64,000 nt of DNA, taken from assembly GCA_964016885.1 (NCBI GenBank), contig OZ024755.1, positions 43,400,001 through 43,464,000 of the forward strand. The letters run 5' to 3'. Under the pieces are notes generated by a model. It saw nothing but the letters and a program-made list of their open reading frames with translations. It was not told the origin of the DNA and made no database searches. This DNA comes from Eledone cirrhosa (lineage: Eukaryota). Both the position numbers and the translations under genes were made by a program. This document shows, in pieces, positions 28,101 to 42,300 of this stretch (the first letter of the stretch is position 1; each line of letters opens with the position of its first letter).

Positions 28101-29020
28101 ATTAGAAAGAGTTCCTAATTTTTGCATACTCACACTATGAGAAAGAGTACCTAATCTTTGCATACTCACACTATGAGAAATATTTCATAATCTTTGCATA
28201 CTCACACTATTAGAAAGAGTTCCTAATCTTTGCCTACTAACACTATTAGAAAGAGTTCCTAATCTTTGCCTACTAACACTATTAGAAAGAGTTCCTAATC
28301 TTTGCATACTCACACTATTAGAAAGAGTTCCTAATCTTTGCATACTCACACTATTACAACGAGATCCCAATCTTTGCCTACTCACACTATTAGAAAGAGT
28401 TCCTCATCTTTGCAGACTCACACTATTAGAAAGAGTTCCTAATCTTTGCCTACTAACACCATTAGAAAGAGTTCCTAATCTTTGCATACTCACACAATTG
28501 GAAAGAGTTCCTAATCTTTGCATACTCACACTATTAGAAAGAGTTCTTAATATTTGCATACTCACACTATTAGAAAGAGTCCGTAATCTTTGCATACTCA
28601 CACTATTAGAAAGAATTCCTAATAATTGCATACTCACACTATTAGAAAGAGTTCCTAATCTTTGCATACTCACACTATTAGAAAGATTTCCCAATCTTTG
28701 CCTACTCACACTATTAGAAAGAGTTCCTAATCTTTGCATACTCACACTATTAGAAAGAGTTCCTAATATTTGCATACTCACACTATTAGAAAGAGTTCCT
28801 AATCTTTTCCTACTAACACTTTTAGAAAGAGTTCCTTATCTTTTCCTACTAACACTATTAGAAAGACTTCCCAATCTTCGCCTACTAACACTACTAAAAA
28901 GAGTTAATAATCTTTGCTTACTCACACTATTAGAAAGAGTTCCTACTCTTTGCATACTAACACTATTAGAAAGAGTTCCTAATATTTGCATACTCACACT
29001 GCTAGAAATATTTCATAATC
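24350..29020 (+). repeat. ~4.7 kb block recurring at offset 13825 bp (~38170-42850)
   Basis: Nine ORF pairs share offset 13825 (24776/38601, 25542/39367, 25855/39680, 26370/40195, 26904/40729, 27419/41244, 28185/42010, 28404/42229, 28498/42323). Rare variants ACTATCAGAAAGAGTCCG and TTTGCCAACTC are shared. Confidence 0.88.
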
Positions 29021-30350
29021 TTTACATACTCACACTATTAGAAAGAGTCCGTAATCTTTGCATACTCACACTATTAGAAAGAATTCCTAATAATTGCATA
29101 CTCACACTATTAGAAAGAGTTTCTAATCTTTGCATACTCACACTATTAGAAAGATTTCCCAATCTTTGCCTACTCACACTATTAGAAAGAGTTCCTAATC
29201 TTTGCATACTCACACTATTAGAAAGAGTTCCTAATATTTGCATACTCACACTATTAGAAAGAGTTCCTAATCTTTTCCTACTAACACTTTTAGAAAGAGT
29301 TCCTTATCTTTTCCTACTAACACTATTAGAAAGACTTCCCAATCTTCGCCTACTAACACTATTAGAAAGAGTTCATAATCTTTGCTTACTCACACTATTA
29401 GAAAGAGTTCCTACTCTTTGCATACTAACACTATTAGAAAGAGTTCCTAATATTTGCATACTCACACTGCTAGAAATATTTCATAATCTTTGCATACTCA
29501 CACTATTAGAAAGAGTTCCTAATCTTTGCCTACTAACACTACTAGAAAGAGTTCCTAATCTTTGCCTACTAACACTATTAGAAAGAGTCCCTAATCTTTG
29601 CATACTCACACTATTAGAAAGAGTTCCTAATCTTTGCATACTCACACTATTACAAAGAGATCCCAATCTTTGCCTACTCACACTATTAGAAAGAGTTCCT
29701 AATCTTTGCATACTCACACTATTAGAAAGAGTTCCTAATCTTTGCATACTCACACTATTAGAAAGAGTTCCCAATCTTTGCATACTCACACTATTAGAAA
29801 GAGTTCCTAATCTTTGCAAACTCACACTATTAGAAAGAGTTCCTAATCTAATCTTTGCCTACACACACTATTAGAAAGAGTTCCTAATTTTTGCATACTC
29901 ACACTATGAGAAAGAGTTCCTAATCTTTGCATACTAACACTATGAGAAATATTTCATAATCTTTGCATACTCACACTATTAGAAAGAGTTCCTAATCTTT
30001 GCCTACTAACACTATTAGAAAGAGTTCCTAATCTTTGCCTACTAACACTATTAGAAAGAGTTCCTAATCTTTGCATACTCACACTATTAGAAAGAGTTCC
30101 TAATCTTTGCAAACTCACACTATTAGAAAGAGTTCCTAATCTAATCTTTGCCTACACACACTATTAGAAAGAGTTCCTAATTTTTGCATACTCACACTAT
30201 GAGAAAGAGTACCTAATCTTTGCATACTCACACTATGAGAAATATTTCATAATCTTTGCATACTCACACTATTAGAAAGAGTTCCTAATCTTTGCCTACT
30301 AACACTATTAGAAAGAGTTCCTAATCTTTGCCTACTAACACTATTAGAAA
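26900..30350 (+). repeat. ~3.4 kb block recurring at offset 9120 bp (~36020-39470), containing an internal 468-bp (13-monomer) tandem duplication
   Basis: ORF pairs 26904/36024, 27419/36539, 28185/37305, 28498/37618 (both 458 aa), 29481/38601 and 30247/39367 are offset 9120. ORF ends 28781->29249 and 37901->38369 are 468 apart. Confidence 0.85.
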
Positions 30351-32129
30351 GAGTTCCTAATTTTTGCATACTCACACTATGAGAAAGAGTTCCTAATCTT
30401 TGCATACTCACACTATTAGAAAGAGTTCCTAATCTTTGCATACTCACACTATTACAACGAGATCCCAATCTTTGCCTACTCACACTATTAGAAAGAGTTC
30501 CTCATCTTTGCATACTCACACTATTAGAAAGAGTTCCTAATCTTTGCCTACTAACACCATTAGAAAGAGTTCCTAATCTTTGCATACTCACACAATTGGA
30601 AAGAGTTCCTAATCTTTGCATACTCACACTATTAGAAAGAGTTCTTAATATTTGCATACTCACACTATTAGAAAGAGTCCGTAATCTTTGCATACTCACA
30701 CTATTAGAAAGAATTCCTAATAATTGCATACTCACAATATTAGAAAGAGTTCCTAATCTTTGCATACTCACACTATTAGAAAGATTTCCCAATCTTTGCC
30801 TACTCACACTATTAGAAAGAGTTCCTAATCTTTGCATACTCACACTATTAGAAAGAGTTCCTAATATTTGCATACTCACACTATTAGAAAGAGTTCCTAA
30901 TCTTTTCCTACTAACACTTTTAGAAAGAGTTCCTTATCTTTTCCTACTAACACTATTAGAAAGACTTCCCAATCTTCGCCTACTAACACTATTAGAAAGA
31001 GTTCATAATCTTTGCTTACTCACACTATTAGAAAGAGTTCCTACTCTTTGCATACTAACACTATTAGAAAGAGTTCCTAATATTTGCATACTCACACTGC
31101 TAGAAATATTTCATAATCTTTGCATACTCACACTATTAGAAAGAGTTCCTAATCTTTGCCTACTAACACTACTAGAAAGAGTTCCTAATCTTTGCCTACT
31201 AACACTATTAGAAAGAGTCCCTAATCTTTGCATACTCACACTATTAGAAAGAGTTCCTAATCTTTGCATACTCACACTATTACAAAGAGATCCCAATCTT
31301 TGCCTACTCACACTATTAGAAAGAGTTCCTAATCTTTGCATACTCACACTATTAGAAAGAGTTCCTAATCTTTGCATACTCACACTATTAGAAAGAGTTC
31401 CCAATCTTTGCATACTCACACTATTAGAAAGAGTTCCTAATCTTTGCAAACTCACACTATTAGAAAGAGTTCCTAATCTAATCTTTGCCTACACACACTA
31501 TTAGAAAGAGTTCCTAATTTTTGCATACTCACACAATGAGAAAGAGTTCCTAATCTTTGCATACTAACACTATGAGAAATATTTCATAATCTTTGCATAC
31601 TCACACTATTAGAAAGAGTTCCTAATCTTTGCCTACTAACACTATTAGAAAGAGTTCCTAATCTTTGCCTACTAACACTATTAGAAAGAGTTCCTAATCT
31701 TTGCATACTCACACTATTAGAAAGAGTTCCTAATCTTTGCAAACTCACACTATTAGAAAGAGTTCCTAATCTAATCTTTGCCTACACACACTATTAGAAA
31801 GAGTTCCTAATTTTTGCATACTCACACTATGAGAAAGAGTACCTAATCTTTGCATACTCACACTATGAGAAATATTTCATAATCCTTGCATACTCACACT
31901 ATTAGAAAGAGTTCCTAATCTTTGCCTACTAACACTATTAGAAAGAGTTCCTAATCTTTGCCTACTAACACTATTAGAAAGAGTTCCTAATCTTTGCATA
32001 CTCACACTATTAGAAAGAGTTCCTAATCTTTGCATACTCACATAATTACAACGAGATCCCAATCTTTGCCTACTCATACTATTAGAAAGAGTTCCTCATC
32101 TTTGCATACTCACACTATTAGAAAGAGTT

Positions 32130-35100
32130 CCTAATCGTTGCATACTCACACTATTAGAAAGATTTCCCAATCTTTGCCTACTCACACTATTAGAAAGAGT
32201 TCCTAATCTTTGCATACTCACACTATTAGAAAGAGTTCCTAATATTTGCATACTCACACTATTAGAAAGAGTTCCTAATCTTTTCCTACTAACACTTTTA
32301 GAAAGAGTTCCTTATCTTTTCCTACTAACACTATTAGAAAGACTTCCCAATCTTCGCCTACTAACACTATTAAAAAGAGTTCATAATCTTTGCTTACTCA
32401 CACTATTAGAAAGAGTTCCTACTCTTTGCATACTAACACTATTAGAAAGAGTTCCTAATATTTGCATACTCACACTGCTAGAAATATTTCATAATCTTTG
32501 CATACTCACACTATTAGAAAGAGTTCCTAATCTTTTCCTACTAACACTATTAGAAAGAGTTCCTAATCTTTGCCTACTAACACTATTAGAAAGAGTTCCT
32601 AATCTTTGCATACTCACACTATTAGAAAGAGTTCCTAATCTTTGCATACTCACACTATGAGAAAGAGTTCCCAATCTTTGCCTACTCACACTATTAGAAA
32701 GAGTTCCTAATCTTTGCATACTCACACTATTAGAATGAGTTCCTAATCTTTGCATACTCACACTATTAGAAAGAGTTACCAATCTTTGCATACTCACACT
32801 ATTAGAAAGAGTTCCTAATCTTTGCAAACTCACACTATTAGAAAGAGTTCCTAATCTAATCTTTGCCTACACACACTATTAGAAAGAGTTCCTAATTTTT
32901 GCATACTCACACTATGAGAAAGAGTTCCTAATCTTTGCATACTCACACTATGAGAAATAATTCATAATCTTTGCATACTCACACTATTAGAAAGAGTTCC
33001 TAATCTTTGCCTACTAACACTATTAGAAAGAGTTCCTAATCTTTGCCTACTAACACTATTAGAAAGAGTTCCTAATCTTTGCATACTCACACTATTAGAA
33101 AGAGTTGCTCATCTTTGCATACTCACACTATTAGAAAGAGTTCCTAATCTTTGCATACTAACACTATTAGAAAGAGTTCCTAATCTTTGCATACTCACAC
33201 AATTGGAAAGAGTTCCTAATCTTTGCATACTCACACTATTAGAAAGAGTTCTTAATATTTGCATACTCACACTATTAGAAAGACCGTAATCTTTGCATAC
33301 TCACACTATTAGAAAGAATTCCTAATAATTGCATACTCACACTATTAGAAAGAGTTCCTAATCTTTGCATACTCACACTATTAGAAAGATTTCCCAATCT
33401 TTGCCTACTCACACTATTAGAAAGAGTTCCTAATCTTTGCATACTCACACTATTAGAAAGAGTTCCTAATATTTGCATACTCACACTATTAGAAAGAGTT
33501 CCTAATCTTTTCCTACTAACACTTTTAGAAAGAGTTCCTTATCTTTTCCTACTAACACTATTTGAAAGAGTTCCCAATCTTCGCCTACTAACACTATTAG
33601 AAAGAGTTCATAATCTTTGCTTACTCACACTATTAGAAAGAGTTCCTACTCTTTGCATACTAACACTATTAGAAAGAGTTCCTAATATTTGCATACTCAC
33701 ACTATTAGAAAGAGTTCCCAATCTTTGCATACTCACACTATTAGAAAGACTTCCTAATCTTTGCAAACTCACACTATTAGAAAGAGTTCCTAATCTAATC
33801 TTTGCCTACACACACTATTAGAAAGAGTTCCTAATTTTTGGATACTCACACTATGAGAAAGAGTTCCTAATCTTTGAATACTCACACTATTACAAAGAGT
33901 TCCTAATCTTTGCCTACTCACACTATTAGAAAGAGTTCCTAATCTTTGCCTACTAACACTATTAGAAAGAGTCCCTAATCTTTGCATACTCACACTATTA
34001 GAAAGAGTTCCTAATCTTTCCATACTCACACTATTACAAAGAGTTCCCAATCTTTGCCTACTCACACTTTTAGAAAGAGTTCCTTATCTTTTCCTACTAA
34101 CACTATTAGAAAGAGTTCCTAATCTTTGCCTACTAACACTATTAGAAAGAGTTCCTAATCTTTGCCTACTAACACTATTAGAAAGAGTTCCTAATCTTTG
34201 CATACTCACACTATTAGAAAGAGTTCCTAATCTTTGCATACTCACACTATTACAAAGAGATCCCAATCTTTGCCTACTCACACTATTAGAAAGAGTTCCT
34301 CATCTTTGCATACTCACACTATTAGAAAGAGTTCCTAATCTTTGCCTACTAACACTATTAGAAAGAGTTCCTAATCTTTGCATACTCACACAATTGGAGA
34401 GAGTTCCTAATCTTTGCATACTCACACTATTAGAAAGAGTTCTTAATATTTGCATACTCACACTATTAGAAAGAGTCCGTAATCTTTGCATACTCACACT
34501 ATTAGAAAGAGTCCGTAATCTTTGCATACTCACACTATTAGAAAGAGTTCCTAATATTTGCATACTCACGCTATTAGAAAGAGTTCCTAATCTTTTCCTA
34601 CTAACACTTTTAGAAAGAGTTCCCTATCTTTTCCTACTAACACTATTAGAAATAGTTCCCAATCTTCGCCTACTAACACTATTAGAAAGAGTTCATAATC
34701 TTTGCTTACTCACACCATTAGGAAGAGTTCCTACTCTTTGCATACTAACACTATTAGAAAGAGTTCCTAATATTTGCATACTCACACTATTAGAAAGAGT
34801 TCCCAATCTTTGCATACTCACACTATTAGAAAGAGTTCCTAATCTTTGCAAACTCACACTATTAGAAAGAGTTCCTAATCTAATCTTTGCCTACACACAC
34901 TATTAGAAAGAGTTCCTAATTTTTGGATACTCACACTATGAGAAAGAGTTCCTAATCTTTGCATACTCACACTATTACAAAGAGTTCCCAATCTTTGCCT
35001 ACTAACACTATTAGAAAGAGTTCCTAATCTTTGCATACTCACACAATTGGAAAGAGTTCTTAATCTTTGCATACTCACACTATTAGAAAGAGTTCTTAAT

Positions 35101-36350
35101 ATTTGCATACTCACACTATTAGAAAGAGTCCGTAATCTTTGCATACTCACACTATTAGAAAGAGTCCGTAATCTTTGCATACTCACACTATTAGAAAGAG
35201 TTCCTAATATTTGCATACTCACGCTATTAGAAAGAGTTCCTAATCTTTGCATACTCACACTATTAGAAAGATTTCCCAATCTTTGCCTACTCACACTATT
35301 AGAAAGAGTTCCCAATCTTCGCCTACTAACACTATTAGAAAGAGTTCATAATCTTTGCTTACTCACACTATTAGAAAGAGTTCCTACTCTTTGCATACTA
35401 ACACTATTAGAAAGAGTTCCTAATATTTGCATACTCACACTATTAGAAAGAGTTCCCAATCTTTGCATACTCACACTATTAGAAAGAGTTCCTAATCTTT
35501 GCAAACTCACACTATTAGAAAGAGTTCCTAATCTAATCTTTGCCTACTCACACTATTAGAAAGAGTTCCTAATCTTTGCCTACTAACACTATTAGAAAGA
35601 GTCCCTAATCTTTGCATACTCACACTATTAGAAAGAGTTCCTAATCTTTCCATACTCACACTATTACAAAGAGTTCCCAATCTTTGCCTACTCACACTTT
35701 TAGAAAGAGTTCCCTATCTTTTCCTACTAACACTATTAGAAAGAGTTCCTAATCTTTGCCTACTAACACTATTAGAAAGAGTTCCTAATCTTTGCCTACT
35801 AACACTATTAGAAAGAGTTCCTAATCTTTGCATACTCACACTATTAGAAAGAGTTCCTAATCTTTGCATACTCACACTATTACAAAGAGATCCCAATCTT
35901 TGCCTACTCACACTATTAGAAAGAGTTCCTCATCTTTGCATACTCACACTATTAGAAAGAGTTCCTAATCTTTGCCTACTAACACTATTAGAAAGAGTTC
36001 CTAATCTTTGCATACTCACACAATTGGAGAGAGTTCCTAATCTTTGCATACTCACACTATTAGAAAGAGTTCTTAATATTTGCATACTCACACTATTAGA
36101 AAGAGTCCGTAATCTTTGCATACTCACACTATTAGAAAGAATTCCTAATAATTGCATACTCACACTATTAGAAAGAGTTCCTAATCTTTGCATACTCACA
36201 CTATTAGAAAGATTTCCCAATCTTTGCCTACTCACACTATTAGAAAGAGTTCCTAATCTTTGCATACTCACACTATTAGAAAGAGTTCCTAATATTTGCA
36301 TACTCACACTATTAGAAAGAGTTCCTAATCTTTTCCTACTAACACTTTTA
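32130..36350 (+). repeat. ~4.2 kb block recurring at ~42480-47170 (offsets 10349, then 10169, then 10822)
   Basis: ORF pairs 32489/42838, 33275/43624 and 33790/44139 are offset 10349; 34875/45044 is offset 10169; 35714/46536 is offset 10822 (10169+653). The rare variant ACTATTTGAAAG is shared. Confidence 0.85.
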
Positions 36351-39300
36351 GAAAGAGTTCCTTATCTTTTCCTACTAACACTATTAGAAAGACTTCCCAA
36401 TCTTCGCCTACTAACACTATTAGAAAGAGTTCATAATCTTTGCTTACTCACACTATTAGAAAGAGTTCCTACTCTTTGCATACTAACACTATTAGAAAGA
36501 GTTCCTAATATTTGCATACTCACACTGCTAGAAATATTTCATAATCTTTGCATACTCACACTATTAGAAAGAGTTCCTAATCTTTGCCTACTAACACGAT
36601 TAGAAAGAGTTCCTAATCTTTGCCTACTAACACTATTAGAAAGAGTCCCTAATCTTTGCATACTCACACTATTAGAAAGAGTTCCTAATCTTTGCATACT
36701 CACACTATTACAAAGAGATCCCAATCTTTGCCTACTCACACTATTAGAAAGAGTTCCTAATCTTTGCATACTCACACTATTAGAAAGAGTTCCTAATCTT
36801 TGCATACTCACACTATTAGAAAGAGTTCCCAATCTTTGCATACTCACACTATTAGAAAGAGTTCCTAATCTTTGCAAACTCACACTATTAGAAAGAGTTC
36901 CTAATCTAATCTTTGCCTACACACACTATTAGAAAGAGTTCCGAATTTTTGCATACTCACACTATGAGAAAGAGTTCCTAATCTTTGCATACTAACACTA
37001 TGAGAAATATTTCATAATCTTTGCATACTCACACTATTAGAAAGAGTTCCTAATCTTTGCCTACTAACACTATTAGAAAGAGTTCCTAATCTTTGCCTAC
37101 TAACACTATTAGAAAGAGTTCCTAATCTTTGCATACTCACACTATTAGAAAGAGTTCCTAATCTTTGCAAACTCACACTATTAGAAAGAGTTCCTAATCT
37201 AATCTTTGCCTACACACACTATTAGAAAGAGTTCCTAATTTTTGCATACTCACACTATGAGAAAGAGTACCTAATCTTTGCATACTCACACTATGAGAAA
37301 TATTTCATAATCCTTGCATACTCACACTATTAGAAAGAGTTCCTAATCTTTGCCTACTAACACTATTAGAAAGAGTTCCTAATCTTTGCCTACTAACACT
37401 ATTAGAAAGAGTTCCTAATCTTTGCATACTCACACTATTAGAAAGAGTTCCTAATCTTTGCATACTCACACTATTACAACGAGATCCCAATCTTTGCCTA
37501 CTCACACTATTAGAAAGAGTTCCTCATCTTTGCATACTCACACTATTAGAAAGAGTTCCTAATCTTTGCCTACTAACACCATTAGAAAGAGTTCCTAATC
37601 TTTGCATACTCACACAATTGGAAAGAGTTCCTAATCTTTGCATACTCACACTATTAGAAAGAGTTCTTAATATTTGCATACTCACACTATTAGAAAGAGT
37701 CCGTAATCTTTGCATACTCACACTATTAGAAAGAATTCCTAATAATTGCATACTCACACTATTAGAAAGAGTTCCTAATCTTTGCATACTCACACTATTA
37801 GAAAGATTTCCCAATCTTTGCCTACTCACACTATTAGAAAGAGTTCCTAATCTTTGCATACTCACACTATTAGAAAGAGTTCCTAATATTTGCATACTCA
37901 CACTATTAGAAAGAGTTCCTAATCTTTTCCTACTAACACTTTTAGAAAGAGTTCCTTATCTTTTCCTACTAACACTATTAGAAAGACTTCCCAATCTTCG
38001 CCTACTAACACTATTAAAAAGAGTTCATAATCTTTGCTTACTCACACTATTAGAAAGAGTTCCTACTCTTTGCATACTAACACTATTAGAAAGAGTTCCT
38101 AATATTTGCATACTCACACTGCTAGAAATATTTCATAATCTTTGCATACTCACACTATTAGAAAGAGTCCGTAATCTTTGCATACTCACACTATTAGAAA
38201 GAATTCCTAATAATTGCATACTCACACTATTAGAAAGAGTTCCTAATCTTTGCATACTCACACTATTAGAAAGATTTCCCAATCTTTGCCTACTCACACT
38301 ATTAGAAAGAGTTCCTAATCTTTGCATACTCACACTATTAGAAAGAGTTCCTAATATTTGCATACTCACACTATTAGAAAGAGTTCCTAATCTTTTCCTA
38401 CTAACACTTTTAGAAAGAGTTCCTTATCTTTTCCTACTAACACTATTAGAAAGACTTCCCAATCTTCGCCTACTAACACTATTAGAAAGAGTTCATAATC
38501 TTTGCTTACTCACACTATTAGAAAGAGTTCCTACTCTTTGCATACTAACACTAATAGAAAGAGTTCCTAATATTTGCATACTCACACTGCTAGAAATATT
38601 TCATAATCTTTGCATACTCACACTATTAGAAAGAGTTCCTAATCTTTGCCTACTAACACTACTAGAAAGAGTTCCTAATCTTTGCCTACTAACACTATTA
38701 GAAAGAGTCCCTAATCTTTGCATACTCACACTATTAGAAAGAGTTCCTAATCTTTGCATACTCACACTATTACAAAGAGATCCCAATCTTTGCCTACTCA
38801 CACTATTAGAAAGAGTTCCTAATCTTTGCATACTCACACTATTAGAAAGAGTTCCTAATCTTTGCATACTCACACTATTAGAAAGAGTTCCCAATCTTTG
38901 CATACTCACACTATTAGAAAGAGTTCCTAATCTTTGCAAACTCACACTATTAGAAAGAGTTCCTAATCTAATCTTTGCCTACACACACTATTAGAAAGAG
39001 TTCCTAATTTTTGCATACTCACACTATGAGAAAGAGTTCCTAATCTTTGCATACTAACACTATGAGAAATATTTCATAATCTTTGCATACTCACACTATT
39101 AGAAAGAGTTCCTAATCTTTGCCTACTAACACTATTAGAAAGAGTTCCTAATCTTTGCCTACTAACACTATTAGAAAGAGTTCCTAATCTTTGCATACTC
39201 ACACTATTAGAAAGAGTTCCTAATCTTTGCAAACTCACACTATTAGAAAGAGTTCCTAATCTAATCTTTGCCTACACACACTATTAGAAAGAGTTCCTAA

Positions 39301-42300
39301 TTTTTGCATACTCACACTATGAGAAAGAGTACCTAATCTTTGCATACTCACACTATGAGAAATATTTCATAATCTTTGCATACTCACACTATTAGAAAGA
39401 GTTCCTAATCTTTGCCTACTAACACTATTAGAAAGAGTTCCTAATCTTTGCCTACTAACACTATTAGAAAGAGTTCCTAATATTTGCATACTCACACTAT
39501 TAGAAAGAGTTCCTAATCTTTGCATACTCACACTATTACAACGAGATCCCAATCTTTGCCTACTCACACTATTAGAAAGAGTTCCTCATCTTTGCATACT
39601 CACACTATTAGAAAGAGTTCCTAATCTTTGCCTACTAACACCATTAGAAAGAGTTCCTCATCTTTGCATACTCACACAATTGGAAAGAGTTCCTAATCTT
39701 TGCATACTCACACTATTAGAAAGAGTTCTTAATATTTGCATACTCACACTATCAGAAAGAGTCCGTAATCTTTGCATACTCACACTATTAGAAAGAATTC
39801 CTAATAATTGCATACTCACACTATTAGAAAGAGTTCCTTATCTTTGCATACTCACACTATTAGAAAGATTTCCCAATCTTTGCCAACTCACACTCTTAGA
39901 AAGAGTTCCTAATCTTTGCATACTCACACTATTAGAAAGAGTTCCTAATATTTGCATACTCACACTATTAGAAAGAGTTCCTAATCTTTTCCTACTAACA
40001 CTTTTAGAAAGAGTTCCTTATCTTTTCCTACTAACACTATTAGAAAGACTTCCCAATCTTCGCCTACTAACACTATTAAAAAGAGTTCATAATCTTTGCT
40101 TACTCACACTATTAGAAAGAGTTCCTACTCTTTGCATACTAACACTATTAGAAAGAGTTCCTAATATTTGCATACTCACACTGCTAGAAATATTTCATAA
40201 TCTTTGCATACTCACACTATTAGAAAGAGTTCCTAATCTTTGCCTACTAACACTATTAGAAAGAGTTCCTAATCTTTGCCTACTAACACTATTAGAAAGA
40301 GTTCCTAATCTTTGCATACTCACACTATTAGAAAGAGTTCCTAATCTTTGCATACTCACACTATTACAAAGAGATCCCAATCTTTGCCTACTCACACTAT
40401 TAGAAAGAGTTCCTAATCTTTGCAAACTCACACTATTAGAAAGAGTTCCTAATCTAATCTTTGCCTACACACACTATTAGAAAGAGTTCCTAATTTTTGC
40501 ATACTCACACTATGAGAAAGAGTTCCTAATCTTTGCATACTCACACTATTACAAAGAGTTCCTAATCTTTGCATACTCACACTATTACAACGAGATCCCA
40601 ATCTTTGCCTACTCACACTATTAGAAAGAGTTCCTCATCTTTGCATACTCACACTATTAGAAAGAGTTCCCAATCTTTGCCTACTAACACCATTAGAAAG
40701 AGTTCCTAATCTTTGCATACTCACACAATTGGAAAGAGTTCCTAATCTTTGCATACTCACACTATTAGAAAGAGTTCTTAATATTTGCATACTCACACTA
40801 TTAGAAAGAGTCCGTAATCTTTGCATACTCACACTATTAGAAAGAATTCCTAATAATTGCATACTCACACTATTAGAAAGAGTTCCTAATCTTTGCATAC
40901 TCACACTATTAGAAAGATTTCCCAATCTTTGCCTACTCACACTATTAGAAAGAGTTCCTAATCTTTGCATACTCACACTATTAGAAAGAGTTCCTAATAT
41001 TTGCATACTCACACTATTAGAAAGAGTTCCTAATCTTTTCCTACTAACACTTTTAGAAAGAGTTCCTTATCTTTTCCTACTAACACTATTAGAAAGACTT
41101 CCCAATCTTCGCCTACTAACACTATTAGAAAGAGTTCATAATCTTTGCTTACTCACACTATTAGAAAGAGTTCCTACTCTTTGCATACTAACACTATTAG
41201 AAAGAGTTCCTAATATTTGCATACTCACACTGCTAGAAATATTTCATAATCTTTGCATACTCACACTATTAGAAAGAGTTCCTAATCTTTGCCTACTAAC
41301 ACGATTAGAAAGAGTTCCTAATCTTTGCCTACTAACACTATTAGAAAGAGTCCCTAATCTTTGCATACTCACACTATTAGAAAGAGTTCCTAATCTTTGC
41401 ATACTCACACTATTACAAAGAGATCCCAATCTTTGCCTACTCACACTATTAGAAAGAGTTCCTAATCTTTGCATACTCACACTATTAGAAAGAGTTCCTA
41501 ATCTTTGCATACTCACACTATTAGAAAGAGTTCCCAATCTTTGCATACTCACACTATTAGAAAGAGTTCCTAATCTTTGCAAACTCACACTATTAGAAAG
41601 AGTTCCTAATCTAATCTTTGCCTACACACACTATTAGAAAGAGTTCCTAATTTTTGCATACTCACACTATGAGAAAGAGTTCCTAATCTTTGCATACTAA
41701 CACTATGAGAAATATTTCATAATCTTTGCATACTCACACTATTAGAAAGAGTTCCTAATCTTTGCCTACTAACACTATTAGAAAGAGTTCCTAATCTTTG
41801 CCTACTAACACTATTAGAAAGAGTTCCTAATCTTTGCATACTCACACTATTAGAAAGAGTTCCTAATCTTTGCAAACTCACACTATTAGAAAGAGTTCCT
41901 AATCTAATCTTTGCCTACACACACTATTAGAAAGAGTTCCTAATTTTTGCATACTCACACTATGAGAAAGAGTACCTAATCTTTGCATACTCACACTATG
42001 AGAAATATTTCATAATCCTTGCATACTCACACTATTAGAAAGAGTTCCTAATCTTTGCCTACTAACACTATTAGAAAGAGTTCCTAATCTTTGCCTACTA
42101 ACACTATTAGAAAGAGTTCCTAATCTTTGCATACTCACACTATTAGAAAGAGTTCCTAATCTTTGCATACTCACACTATTACAACGAGATCCCAATCTTT
42201 GCCTACTCACACTATTAGAAAGAGTTCCTCATCTTTGCATACTCACACTATTAGAAAGAGTTCCTAATCTTTGCCTACTAACACCATTAGAAAGAGTTCC

